Shown piece after piece: positions 29,172 through 38,391 of a stretch of 64,000 bases of DNA (positions within the stretch are counted from its first letter, which is position 1; each line of letters begins with the position of its first letter). This stretch comes from Arsukibacterium sp. Lineage in GTDB: Bacteria > Pseudomonadota > Gammaproteobacteria > Enterobacterales > Alteromonadaceae. The position numbers and the translations under genes are program-made. Location: positions 1,785 to 65,784 of the forward strand of contig NZ_JAWVZF010000001.1 of assembly GCF_033722355.1 (NCBI RefSeq). Direction: 5' to 3'. The notes under the pieces are model-generated. The model did not search any database and had not been told where the DNA came from. It saw nothing but the letters and a program-made list of their open reading frames with translations.

Positions 29172-29654
29172 TTACAACTGGCAGCTGACTTTAATGTCAG
29201 TTGCAGGATTCTTAACATTGCGACTGTTCTGCCGCTGTGCAATATTCTGCACGTCTTGCTGGCTGACCAGTGCCGCCAGGCTGATGTTGGTTAAAAAGTC
29301 TTCTATCCGGTCACTTAAATCGTGCCACAGCGTATGGGTAAGACATTTAGCGCCGCTCTGGCAATCTGATTTGCCCTGACAGCGAGTGGCATCTACCGAC
29401 TCATCAACCGCGGCAATTACCGCTGAAATAGAAATGGCTTCCGGTGCCAGACCAAGCTGGTAACCGCCGCCCGGGCCCCGCACGCTGCTGACTAAACCTT
29501 GTTTACGCAAACGGGCGAATAATTGTTCAAGATAAGATAGCGAAATACCCTGCCGCTCAGAAATATCGGCCAGCGGCACCGGCCCCTGCCCGGCGTGCAG
29601 CGCCACATCAAGCATGGCAGTAACGGCATAGCGACCTTTCGAGGTTAATCTCAT
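29172..29654 (-). CDS. iscR: Fe-S cluster assembly transcription factor IscR
   Basis: [20 protein letters not shown], ligand motif C-x5-C-x5-C-x2-H. Confidence 0.97.
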   Translation of the reverse strand: MRLTSKGRYAVTAMLDVALHAGQGPVPLADISERQGISLSYLEQLFARLRKQGLVSSVRGPGGGYQLGLAPEAISISAVIAAVDESVDATRCQGKSDCQSGAKCLTHTLWHDLSDRIEDFLTNISLAALVSQQDVQNIAQRQNSRNVKNPATDIKVSCQL

Positions 29655-29681
29655 AACAGGCTCCCTGACTTCATGCTGGCT

Positions 29682-29738
29682 ATTGTACAATCCTGACTAT
29701 TTTAGTCAAGTATATATCCCAGCAGCACAGTCAGGTAT
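29682..29738 (-). promoter_or_regulatory. iscR promoter with tandem IscR type-1 boxes
   Basis: AATCCTGACTATTTTAGTCAAGTAT (29689-29713) fits ATASYYGACT-n5-AGTCRRSTAT and overlaps -35 TTGACT/-10 TACAAT (16-nt spacer); second degenerate box at 29714-29738. Confidence 0.8.
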
Positions 29739-29755
29739 TAGCTATCCTCAGCACT

Positions 29756-30565
29756 TCAGATCCCAGGATCAAATGCCTCTACTTCTTTTCGCCGTTGTTC
29801 AGCAGCTTGCTGTTCGGCTCGTTTAAAGTCTTCCTCAGGTAAACTAAGCTCAGGCATTTCAGCACAAACATTACCGCCAAGACTATTCACACTGCTGCAT
29901 AACTCGGCTACTTTATTATCCAGCAGATGAATATGATCCAGCAAGGTGCCAATCGCACTGGCGACCGGATCGGGGTTATCTGCTGACACGGCATAAGCAT
30001 CGAAACCAAACTTCTTCGCCAGATGCTGACGCTGCTCACTGACTTGCGCCGCCACCTTAGCAACAACGCGGCCCGGAATACCCACTACAGTGGCAGCGGC
30101 GGGCACATCACGAACCACCACAGCATTAGAGCCGATGCGGGCATTTTCCCCCACATACAGCGGGCCCAGCACTTTGGCACCGGCACCAATCACCACTCCA
30201 TTAGCCAGAGTAGGATGGCGTTTGCCAGGATTCCAGCTGGTACCGCCCAGCGTTACCCCATGATACAAGGTGCAGTCGTCACCAATCTCAGCCGTCTCGC
30301 CAATCACCACACCCATGCCGTGATCGATAAAAAAGCGGCGACCGATTTTCGCACCGGGATGAATTTCCACTCCGGTCAGCCAGCGGGCGATGGTACTTAG
30401 AAACCGTGCCAGCCATTTAAGATTAGCCCGCCACAGCTTATGGTTAAGCCGGTGCCACCAGATGGCATGCAAGCCCGGATAATTAGTCAGCACTTCAAAG
30501 CTACTGCGAGCCGCCGGGTCGCGGTCAAAAACGCTTTTTATGTCTTCTCTGATACCGGCAAACAT
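29756..30565 (-). CDS. cysE: Serine O-acetyltransferase
   Basis: [36 protein letters not shown] hexapeptide repeats; start placed after an AAGGAG RBS. Confidence 0.95.
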   Translation of the reverse strand: MFAGIREDIKSVFDRDPAARSSFEVLTNYPGLHAIWWHRLNHKLWRANLKWLARFLSTIARWLTGVEIHPGAKIGRRFFIDHGMGVVIGETAEIGDDCTLYHGVTLGGTSWNPGKRHPTLANGVVIGAGAKVLGPLYVGENARIGSNAVVVRDVPAAATVVGIPGRVVAKVAAQVSEQRQHLAKKFGFDAYAVSADNPDPVASAIGTLLDHIHLLDNKVAELCSSVNSLGGNVCAEMPELSLPEEDFKRAEQQAAEQRRKEVEAFDPGI

Positions 30566-30569
30566 CGCT

Positions 30570-31319
30570 TTACTCCTTGTGAGTATTGCCATCGACTTTT
30601 TCAAGCCGTTGCATTGAGCTTAAAATACCGCGCAAAATGTTATATTCAGCTTCTTCCGGGCGCGCCCGGTTAAACAAACGTTTTAATTTTGCCATGACCA
30701 CACCGGGATGCTGCTTAATAATAAAACCGGTGTGTTGCAAAGCAACTTCAAGATGCTGATAAAAATTTTCCATCTGGATTGAAGTCGGATAGTTCACCGC
30801 CTCAGATTCTGCAACAACCGGTTCGCCAGTCAGATACGCCATCCGTACCTCATAACAGAGTATCTGCACGGCCATTGCCAGATTAAGCGAACTGTATTCA
30901 GGGTTAGCGGCAATACAGACATGGTAATTGCAAAGCTGCAGCTCATCGTTAGTCAGGCCACTCGACTCACGCCCGAAGACAATAGCCACTGGCTTGTCAC
31001 TCTGAGCTATTGCCAGCGTTGCGCATTGCCGCGGATCGAGCATTGGCCAGCTGAGCGTGCGGGAGCGGGCACTGCTGCCGACCACCAGAGCGCAATCGGC
31101 TACTGCATCAGCCAGCGTGTCAAACGTTGTCGCCGCTGCCAGAATTTCACTGGCCCCCGCTGCCAGCGCATAAGCCTGACCATCCGGCGCGGTCTTTGGC
31201 GCCACCAGATACAGTCTGGAAAGGCCCATGGTCTTCATTGCTCTGGCTACCGAGCCAATATTACCGGTATGGGTGGTCCCCACCAAAACCACTCTGATGT
31301 TGTCCAAAGCCGACGGCAT
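30570..31319 (-). CDS. trmJ: tRNA (cytidine32/uridine32-2'-O)-methyltransferase TrmJ
   Basis: [37 protein letters not shown] motifs; alternative start at 31355. Confidence 0.93.
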   Translation of the reverse strand: MPSALDNIRVVLVGTTHTGNIGSVARAMKTMGLSRLYLVAPKTAPDGQAYALAAGASEILAAATTFDTLADAVADCALVVGSSARSRTLSWPMLDPRQCATLAIAQSDKPVAIVFGRESSGLTNDELQLCNYHVCIAANPEYSSLNLAMAVQILCYEVRMAYLTGEPVVAESEAVNYPTSIQMENFYQHLEVALQHTGFIIKQHPGVVMAKLKRLFNRARPEEAEYNILRGILSSMQRLEKVDGNTHKE

Positions 31320-31393
31320 GTTGTTTGCCAAAGTGTTGCCTTCTTTGCGGTCCATAGGAATAGCCCGATAATGCTTACTGAAAAAAGGCAGGC

Positions 31394-31422
31394 ATTCTAG
31401 CACAGGCCCCGCCAATTGTTGA
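31394..31422 (-). promoter_or_regulatory. Putative trmJ promoter
   Basis: TCAACA-N17-TAGAAT with an extended -10 TG on the minus strand. Confidence 0.4.
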
Positions 31423-31537
31423 TTGAAATTTAGCAGTCTGGCCATCTAAATACGCTTACTGCCAGCTGTCGATAAACACTGCAATTCAGCGGTGGCTTTG
31501 CTAAACTAGCGCCACTTTTATTAAAGAGAGTCTGAAG

Positions 31538-32362
31538 ATGAAAACACTTAGTAAAGTTATAACGTTATCAGCAATACTCTTGTCGTTGCCACTGCTGGCA
31601 GACAGCACCGCCGACGCCGTTAAGCAAGCGACTGACCATCATGTGCGCAGTGAGCAGAACAAAAGCCGGGATATCTACCGTAATCCGGTGCAAACACTGC
31701 AGTTTTTTGAAGTGACGCCAACCAGCACCGTGGTGGAAATATCACCAGGTGGTGGCTGGTATACAGAAATTCTGGCGCCGTTATTAGCAGCCCATGGTAC
31801 CTATTACGCCGCCCACTTCCCGGCTGACAGCAGTTCAGATTACTTTAAAAGAAACCTGGCTGCGTTTAAAGAAAAGCTGGCATCAGACCCGATATATAAC
31901 CGGGTGATCCTGACGGAATTTGCTCCGGGCAACAGTGATGCGATTGCGCCGGCCGGCAGCGCTGATGTTGTACTGACCTTTCGTAACCTGCATAACTGGT
32001 ATGGTCAGGGTGGAGATGAGGCTATGGTAGCGATATTTAAAGATTTTTATAAAGCACTGAAACCCGGTGGTGTGCTTGGCGTGGTAGAGCATCGGCTGCC
32101 TGTCGCCCAGGCTGATGGTGACTGGACGAAAACCGGTTACTTTCCGGAAGAACTGACAATTCGCCTGGCAGAACAGGCGGGCTTTGAACTGGAAGCAAGC
32201 AGTGATATCAATGCTAACCCTAAAGATACTGCTGTTCATCCACGGGGTGTCTGGACTTTGCCACCGGTATTAGCGCTGGGCGAGCAAGACAAAGCCAGCT
32301 ATCTGGCGATTGGTGAAAGCGATCGTATGACCTTAAAATTTCGTAAACCTGTAGCACAATAA
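31538..32362 (+). CDS. Class I SAM-dependent methyltransferase-like protein with signal peptide (COG4798-like)
   Basis: Sec signal peptide; RNPVQTLQFF, VVEISPGGGWYT (motif I), DVVLTFRNLHNW, ALKPGGVLGVVEHR, GESDRMTLKF. Confidence 0.8.
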   Translation: MKTLSKVITLSAILLSLPLLADSTADAVKQATDHHVRSEQNKSRDIYRNPVQTLQFFEVTPTSTVVEISPGGGWYTEILAPLLAAHGTYYAAHFPADSSSDYFKRNLAAFKEKLASDPIYNRVILTEFAPGNSDAIAPAGSADVVLTFRNLHNWYGQGGDEAMVAIFKDFYKALKPGGVLGVVEHRLPVAQADGDWTKTGYFPEELTIRLAEQAGFELEASSDINANPKDTAVHPRGVWTLPPVLALGEQDKASYLAIGESDRMTLKFRKPVAQ

Positions 32363-32375
32363 AACGGAAAACCCG

Positions 32376-33671
32376 ATGAAAGTACTGGTAATCGGCGGCG
32401 GTGGCCGCGAACATGCGCTGGCCTGGAAGGCAGCGCAATCTCCTTTAGTCAGTCAGGTTTATGTGGCGCCGGGCAATGCCGGTACCGCGCTTGAAGCTAA
32501 CCTGCAAAATGTGGCCATTGCCGCAGATGATGTACCAGCACTGCTGGCTTTTGCCACCGATAACGACGTAGCGCTGACCATAGTAGGTCCGGAAGCGCCG
32601 CTGGCTCTGGGCGTGGTTGATAAATTTCGCCAACAGGGGCTGGCTATCTTTGGCCCGACCCAGGCAGCTGCGCAGTTAGAGAGCTCAAAAGCCTTTGCCA
32701 AAGACTTTTTGGCGCGTCATCACATTCCAACTGCTGCTTACCAGAACTTTACCGATATAGACGCCGCCAAAGCCTTTGTTAAACAGCTGGGCACCCCTAT
32801 TGTTATAAAGGCCGACGGCCTGGCAGCAGGTAAAGGCGTTATTATCGCCAACACCGAAGCTGAAGCCTTTGCTGCGATTGACGATATGCTGGCAGGTAAT
32901 AAGTTTGGTGATGCCGGTAGCCGGGTCGTTATTGAAGAATTTCTGCACGGTGAGGAAGCGTCTTTTATCGTGATGGTCGATGGCGAACATGCATTGGCTT
33001 TTGCGTCATCTCAGGATCATAAAGCCCGTGATGATGGCGATAAGGGGCCCAATACCGGCGGTATGGGGGCTTATTCGCCAGCACCGGTTGTGACACCTGC
33101 AGTGCATGACTGGGTAATGGAACAGGTCATTTATCCTACTGTGCGCGGTATGGCAGCAGAGGGTAACGTCTTCACCGGTTTCTTGTATGCCGGCCTGATG
33201 ATTGCACCCGATGGCTCGGCTAAAGTACTGGAGTTTAACTGTCGCTTTGGTGATCCGGAAACCCAGCCGATTATGCTCAGATTGAAATCCGATCTGGTGG
33301 CACTTTGCCAGGCTGCGGTTGACGGTAAGTTAGATCAGGTAAGCATAGACTTTACTGAGCAGGCTGCGGTAGGCGTGGTACTTGCTGCCGGTGGCTACCC
33401 TGAGGGATACGCCAAGGGCCTTCCGATTTCAGGCCTGGATGATATAGACAGCACTGATGGCAAAGTGTTTCATGCCGGTACCGAGCTAAAAGACGATAAC
33501 GTATTAACAAATGGCGGACGGGTACTTTGTGCCACGGCACTAGGCACTAATGTCAGTGCCGCACGCCAGGCAGCATATAAACTCGCGTCCCAGATTAACT
33601 GGGACGATATGTTTTACCGACGTGATATTGGCCATCGCGCGGTTGCCCGTGAACAAGGTCAAACAGGCTGA
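32376..33671 (+). CDS. purD: Phosphoribosylamine--glycine ligase
   Basis: GGGGREHAL, KADGLAAGKGV, QDHK, NTGGMGAYSP, EFNCRFGDPE. Confidence 0.98.
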   Translation: MKVLVIGGGGREHALAWKAAQSPLVSQVYVAPGNAGTALEANLQNVAIAADDVPALLAFATDNDVALTIVGPEAPLALGVVDKFRQQGLAIFGPTQAAAQLESSKAFAKDFLARHHIPTAAYQNFTDIDAAKAFVKQLGTPIVIKADGLAAGKGVIIANTEAEAFAAIDDMLAGNKFGDAGSRVVIEEFLHGEEASFIVMVDGEHALAFASSQDHKARDDGDKGPNTGGMGAYSPAPVVTPAVHDWVMEQVIYPTVRGMAAEGNVFTGFLYAGLMIAPDGSAKVLEFNCRFGDPETQPIMLRLKSDLVALCQAAVDGKLDQVSIDFTEQAAVGVVLAAGGYPEGYAKGLPISGLDDIDSTDGKVFHAGTELKDDNVLTNGGRVLCATALGTNVSAARQAAYKLASQINWDDMFYRRDIGHRAVAREQGQTG

Positions 33672-33674
33672 ATT

Positions 33675-35474
33675 ATGCGTGCATTATTACTTATCCCCGT
33701 TATACCGGCTCTGCTGAGCCTTGCTGCATGCAGTAAACCGGAGCAGCAACTTAGCTGCGACAGTCCTTATCAGGCCGTGGTCGCTATCTCGGCCATCCAA
33801 GGCCAGGCAGACCAAAGTCCGTTACTGGGCAAGCAGGTCATTACCCAGGGGGTTGTAATAAGCGACGTATACCCTGACTCACCGCTGCCCGGGTTGATGC
33901 TGCAGAGTTTAGCAGAAGATGATAAGCCGCTGACCTCAGAAGGGTTATTTGTGCAGCTTACTGAAACCAGCAGCTATCAGCAGGGCGATGTGCTGCTGTT
34001 GCAAGGCACAGTCGCTGAAATTAACGATCTGACCTCGCTGGTTGATATCAGCCAGCTAACCCGTTGCGGAACAGATACTCAAGTTAAGCCCACGGCGGTA
34101 ACATTGCCACTGAGTCCTGAGCAAAGTTTCGAAGCACTGGAAGGAATGTGGTTGAGCTTTAATCAGGATCTGATTGTGAACGACAGCTACCAGCTGGGCC
34201 GGTACGGGGAGCTCATCCTGGCTGATCAACGCTTGTTTGTTCCCACTCAAGTCAGACAACCTGGGGCGGATGCCCGGCAATATGAACAACAGCAGTTACA
34301 GCAGATGCTGGTGCTGGACGACGGACGCTGGCAGGAGAATCCGGATCCGGTGCCTTTCCCGCCATCAGGTTTGACCGCAGATAACAGCTTGCGATTAGGG
34401 GATACCGTTCGCGGCCTGAGCGGCGTGCTGTTTCAGGATGAACGCGGTTACCGGATTTTACCCAGCCAGTCCCCTGAATTTATTCAAACTAATCCCCGAC
34501 CTGCCGCGCCTGTTGCCAAACAACCGGATGAGCTGCGCATCGCCGTATTTAATGTGCTGAACTTTTTTACCGGCCATGGCCAGGCGGAGCCGTTCCCAAC
34601 CCGCCGCGGTGCCCGCAGTGCAGCCGAATTAGCCCGTCAGCAAGCGAAACTGGTTAGTGCCCTGGCGGCAATGGATGCAGATATTATTGGTTTACTTGAG
34701 CTTGAAAATAACGGCTACGGCAGTGGCAGTGCCATTGCTACGCTGGTAACGGCGTTAAATGAGGTGGTGAGTTCTCCCTACGCTATGGTGGAAACCTCCG
34801 AGACGCCGGGCAGTGATGCCATTAAAGTCGGTTTAATTTACCGCCCCGCCACTGTCAGCCAGGCTGGCATTGCTGCTACGCAAACCGCAGAACCTTTTAC
34901 AAGACTCAATCGGGCCCCGGTCGCCCAGACATTTCAGCACCTGACCAGTGGCAACAATGTTACCGTGGCTGTTAACCACTTTAAGTCAAAAGGCAGCTGT
35001 CCACGTGATGATCACCCACAGTTCCAACTCCAGCGTGATCAGAACGATGGCCAGGCGTGCTGGAATGCCGCGAGGGTGGAGGCCAGTCAGGCGTTATCAG
35101 CGTGGTTAGCGACGACGCCCACCGGGGTGATGACGCCTTACCAGCTGATCGTCGGCGATTTAAATGCCTACCGGATGGAAGACCCGGTGCGGGCGCTGGA
35201 GCAGGCCGGCTGGCAGTATTTACACGACGAGCAGCACTCTGGCCTTTCTTATGCATTCAGAGGCCGCAGCGGAGCGCTGGACCATGCCCTGGCAACGAAG
35301 CAGCTGGCAGATAACCTGAGCTCGCTGCAACACTGGTCTATTAATGCCGATGAACCGGTGCTGCTTGATTACAGCAGCCGCTATAAATCGCCAGCCGCCC
35401 AGCAGCGGCTGTACGGGCCAACCCCTTACCGCTCGTCAGATCACGACCCGGTCATTGCCACCTTCAGTTTCTGA
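33675..35474 (+). CDS. ExeM/NucH-family extracellular endonuclease (lipoprotein)
   Basis: Lipobox LAAC, OB-like domain (GLFV..GDVLLLQGTV.E), EALEGM, FNVLNFF, NHFKSKG, GDLNAY, LDHAL, SSDHDPV EEP motifs. Confidence 0.88.
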   Translation: MRALLLIPVIPALLSLAACSKPEQQLSCDSPYQAVVAISAIQGQADQSPLLGKQVITQGVVISDVYPDSPLPGLMLQSLAEDDKPLTSEGLFVQLTETSSYQQGDVLLLQGTVAEINDLTSLVDISQLTRCGTDTQVKPTAVTLPLSPEQSFEALEGMWLSFNQDLIVNDSYQLGRYGELILADQRLFVPTQVRQPGADARQYEQQQLQQMLVLDDGRWQENPDPVPFPPSGLTADNSLRLGDTVRGLSGVLFQDERGYRILPSQSPEFIQTNPRPAAPVAKQPDELRIAVFNVLNFFTGHGQAEPFPTRRGARSAAELARQQAKLVSALAAMDADIIGLLELENNGYGSGSAIATLVTALNEVVSSPYAMVETSETPGSDAIKVGLIYRPATVSQAGIAATQTAEPFTRLNRAPVAQTFQHLTSGNNVTVAVNHFKSKGSCPRDDHPQFQLQRDQNDGQACWNAARVEASQALSAWLATTPTGVMTPYQLIVGDLNAYRMEDPVRALEQAGWQYLHDEQHSGLSYAFRGRSGALDHALATKQLADNLSSLQHWSINADEPVLLDYSSRYKSPAAQQRLYGPTPYRSSDHDPVIATFSF

Positions 35475-35490
35475 GCTGTAACTAAAGCCA

Positions 35491-35516
35491 GCGGTCAGCC
35501 ATACTGTGCTGACCGC
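35491..35516 (+). terminator. Hairpin downstream of the nuclease gene
   Basis: GCGGTCAGC-8nt-GCTGACCGC; no U tract. Confidence 0.35.
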
Positions 35517-35613
35517 CAGCTGATGTTAACCAGACATCACTGCGTCAGATAAAAGTTGCAGCCGGTAGCAGTGTTGCTTTATGGTATCTGCAACTCTGTT
35601 AATGGCGCCGCTT

Positions 35614-36510
35614 ATGTCTCATAAAAATCCAATTATTGCGATCACCGGTTCGTCAGGCGCCGGTACCACCACCACTACCATCGCATTCCAGCATATATTC
35701 CGCACCCTGGGTATTGACGCCGCCTTCGTCGAAGGAGATTGTTTTCACCGCTTCAGCCGGCCAGAAATGGATTTAGCGGTACGCAAGGCTAAAGAAGCCG
35801 GCCGCTATATCAGCTATTTTGGTGCCGAAGCCAACGATTTCGGGGCGTTGGAGAGCTTTTTTTCCAGCTACGCAGAAACCGGTACCGGCCGGATCCGGCA
35901 TTATCTGCATACGTTTGATGAAGCCGTACCTTACAACCAGCTACCGGGTACTTTTACGCCGTGGCAGGATTTACGGGCTAATACTGATTTGTTGTTTTAT
36001 GAAGGCTTGCATGGCGGGGCGGTTACCGAGCAGCATAATGTGGCGCAACATGTCGATTTGCTGATTGGCATGGTACCTATTGTTAACCTGGAGTGGATCC
36101 AGAAAATTATCCGGGATACTTCCGAGCGGGGCCACAGTCGGGAAGCAGTTCAGGCCAGCATTGTGCGTAGCATGGATGATTACATCAATCATATTACGCC
36201 GCAGTTTTCCCGCACCCATATCAATTTCCAGCGGGTGCCTACAGTAGATACCTCTAACCCCTTCAGTGCTAAAGACATTCCGTCACTGGATGAAAGCTTT
36301 GTGGTCATCCGCTTTCGGGGCATAAAGCATGTTGATTTTCCGTATTACCTGCGGATGATTCATGGCTCTTTTATGTCCCGGGTTAATACCCTGGTGGTGC
36401 CGGGAGGCAAAATGGGCCTGGCGATGGAGCTGATTTTAACGCCGTTGATTGAAGCGATAATGCAAAAGCGGCGCCATGCTCGTGGTCAGGCAGACTGGCT
36501 GGGTAAGTAA
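35614..36510 (+). CDS. prkB: Phosphoribulokinase-like protein
   Basis: IIAITGSSGAGTT P-loop, EGDCFHR, FYEGLHG, FQRVPTVDTSNPF; start at MSHK. Confidence 0.93.
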   Translation: MSHKNPIIAITGSSGAGTTTTTIAFQHIFRTLGIDAAFVEGDCFHRFSRPEMDLAVRKAKEAGRYISYFGAEANDFGALESFFSSYAETGTGRIRHYLHTFDEAVPYNQLPGTFTPWQDLRANTDLLFYEGLHGGAVTEQHNVAQHVDLLIGMVPIVNLEWIQKIIRDTSERGHSREAVQASIVRSMDDYINHITPQFSRTHINFQRVPTVDTSNPFSAKDIPSLDESFVVIRFRGIKHVDFPYYLRMIHGSFMSRVNTLVVPGGKMGLAMELILTPLIEAIMQKRRHARGQADWLGK

Positions 36511-36517
36511 CCCCCCT

Positions 36518-36542
36518 CGGCACTGGCCAACGGCCGGTGCCG
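36518..36542. terminator. Hairpin between convergent prkB and speD
   Basis: CGGCACTGGCC-AAC-GGCCGGTGCCG. Confidence 0.55.
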
Positions 36543-36566
36543 CTGAGGTTGTTAGTAAGTTTGGGC

Positions 36567-37382
36567 TTATTTCATCTCGGGTAAGTTACGGCCGTAGAAA
36601 ATTTCCCGGATTTCTTTAAACACCTTTTTACTGATCACTTTCTGCTCGTCAGCAGTCATGCTGTCAGTACCCATCCCGAACAGGTAGTTATTCAGATCGG
36701 CTTCTTTTAACATCATTTTGGTATGAAACAGATTTTCCTGATAAACATTGACATCTATCATCTGAAAAGCCTGCTTGGTGTCACTGTCCATAAAATTCTG
36801 AATCGATGTGATCGGATGGTCGATATAATGCTTGGTGCCGCTGATATCACGGGTAAAACCACGTACCCGGTAGTCAATAGTTACCACATCTGACTCAAAG
36901 CTATGGATCAGAAAGTTCAGCGCCTTCAGTGGTGAAATAATGCCACAGGTAGACACCTCGATGTCTGCTCTGAAAGTACAGATCCCATCGTGCGGATGCA
37001 CTTCGGGGTAGGTATGCACACAGATGTGGCTTTTGTCGAGGTGGGCCACCACTGTCTCCGGCAACGGACCCGGATTTTCAGAATTGTCCGGATCAACCAG
37101 TACCGGCTCTTCACTGACCAGAATCGTCACGCTGGCTCCCTGAGGGTCATAATCCTGCCGGGCAATATTCAGGACATTGGCACCAATAATATCGACAACT
37201 TCTGTCAGAATATCAGTTAACCTATCAGCATTATATTGCTCGTCAATGTACTCAATATATTCCTGCCGGTGCTGCTCAGTTTTAGCGTAACAAATATCAT
37301 ATAAACTAAAGCTTAAGCTTTTTGTCAGGTTGTTAAACCCATGCAGCTTCAGTTTTTCAAAAGGCTTTACCAATTTCTGCAA
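36567..37382 (-). CDS. speD: S-adenosylmethionine decarboxylase proenzyme
   Basis: [28 protein letters not shown] cleavage motif, STCG. Confidence 0.96.
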   Translation of the reverse strand: MQKLVKPFEKLKLHGFNNLTKSLSFSLYDICYAKTEQHRQEYIEYIDEQYNADRLTDILTEVVDIIGANVLNIARQDYDPQGASVTILVSEEPVLVDPDNSENPGPLPETVVAHLDKSHICVHTYPEVHPHDGICTFRADIEVSTCGIISPLKALNFLIHSFESDVVTIDYRVRGFTRDISGTKHYIDHPITSIQNFMDSDTKQAFQMIDVNVYQENLFHTKMMLKEADLNNYLFGMGTDSMTADEQKVISKKVFKEIREIFYGRNLPEMK

Positions 37383-37421
37383 TCTCCACTACAGCGTTCG
37401 CTGTATTGTTCAGCTGGGCAA

Positions 37422-37850
37422 TTACGCAGACGCAGTGGTCTGGTTTGCATTGTTAATACTATAGGAATGGCTTACAGCAACACTGCCGGCCAGCATAATG
37501 GACACCGAGCAATATTTATCTGCTGATAAATTGACCGCCCGCGCCACTTGTTTATCGTTAAGATCATGCCCGGATACCACAAAGTGCAGGTGAATTTTTG
37601 TAAATACCCTGGGAATGCTATCTGCCCGCTCTGCAGTCAGTTCCACTTCACAACCCAGCACCTGCTGGCGGGCTTTTTGTAAAATACTGACAACATCGAC
37701 TGAGGAGCAGGCACCGGCTGACATCAGCACCATTTCCATCGGACTTGGCGCTGAACTGTCGTTACTGTCAGCGTCAAACACCACCGAATGACCAGTGGCA
37801 GAGCGACCGATAAATCTCAGGTTATCTACCCAACTGACTTTGGCTTGCAT
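37422..37850 (-). CDS. OsmC/YhfA family protein
   Basis: SPMEMVLMSAGACSSVDV, KYCSVS; alternative start at 37865. Confidence 0.9.
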   Translation of the reverse strand: MQAKVSWVDNLRFIGRSATGHSVVFDADSNDSSAPSPMEMVLMSAGACSSVDVVSILQKARQQVLGCEVELTAERADSIPRVFTKIHLHFVVSGHDLNDKQVARAVNLSADKYCSVSIMLAGSVAVSHSYSINNANQTTASA

Positions 37851-37934
37851 ATGTAATTCCGACATGAAAATTCAGGGTGGATATTCTACGGAAATATGGG
37901 GCGGGTAGCCAGCATTAATCCGGCTGAAACAAGG

Positions 37935-38285
37935 CTAATCGATCAATCTGGCGATAGCAGTATCAAACAGGTTTTTGATTAACAATGCAATTTCATTGAT
38001 AAGTTCTGCCTGTTCAACAGTGGCTTTTTTTTCCAGTACGCTGCTTAGCACTTCCTGAAAATCGTACATAATGCCATCAACTTCCCGGATGATCATGCTG
38101 CGATGATTAACTTCCAGCTCTGTGTGCTGAGTGCAAAGAATGATAATCTGCTCAGCGATGCGTTCTTCCAGTATCACGCCGACAGTCTTACCCGAAGCCA
38201 GGGTTGTCCCCTCTTCGGTAAATAATGAGAGATGTTCAGTTAAAAACTGAATCAGATGCTCGTAGCCGGGTTGATCAGTCACCAT
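37935..38285 (-). CDS. DUF3802-like uncharacterised protein
   Basis: MVTDQPGYEHLIQFLTEHLSLF... acidic helical protein next to astD; family recalled from memory, start trimmed to the second Met. Confidence 0.65.
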   Translation of the reverse strand: MVTDQPGYEHLIQFLTEHLSLFTEEGTTLASGKTVGVILEERIAEQIIILCTQHTELEVNHRSMIIREVDGIMYDFQEVLSSVLEKKATVEQAELINEIALLIKNLFDTAIARLID

Positions 38286-38361
38286 TTGGAAGGTACCTGC
38301 ATTATCGGGTGTTAAAAACCAATACAATACCTCAATTTAAACAAAATGTCGGTAAGAAAAC

Positions 38362-38385
38362 AAATCGGGGCCGCAGCCCCGATTT
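38362..38385 (-). terminator. astCAD terminator
   Basis: Perfect 10-bp stem AAATCGGGGC-CGCA-GCCCCGATTT followed by GTTTTCTT on the minus strand. Confidence 0.8.
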
Positions 38386-38391
38386 AACAGA

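Noticed and set aside
29153-31445. Long N-terminal extensions of iscS, iscR, cysE and trmJ in the ORF track (also the TorF porin, trpS, aroB, prkB)
   Set aside because: Downstream ATGs match family N termini and RBSs; for trmJ the predicted promoter lies inside the extension
35614-36510. Phosphoribulokinase as evidence of Calvin-cycle carbon fixation
   Set aside because: PrkB/YhfF homologues are common in heterotrophic gammaproteobacteria; no RuBisCO or cbb genes in the window
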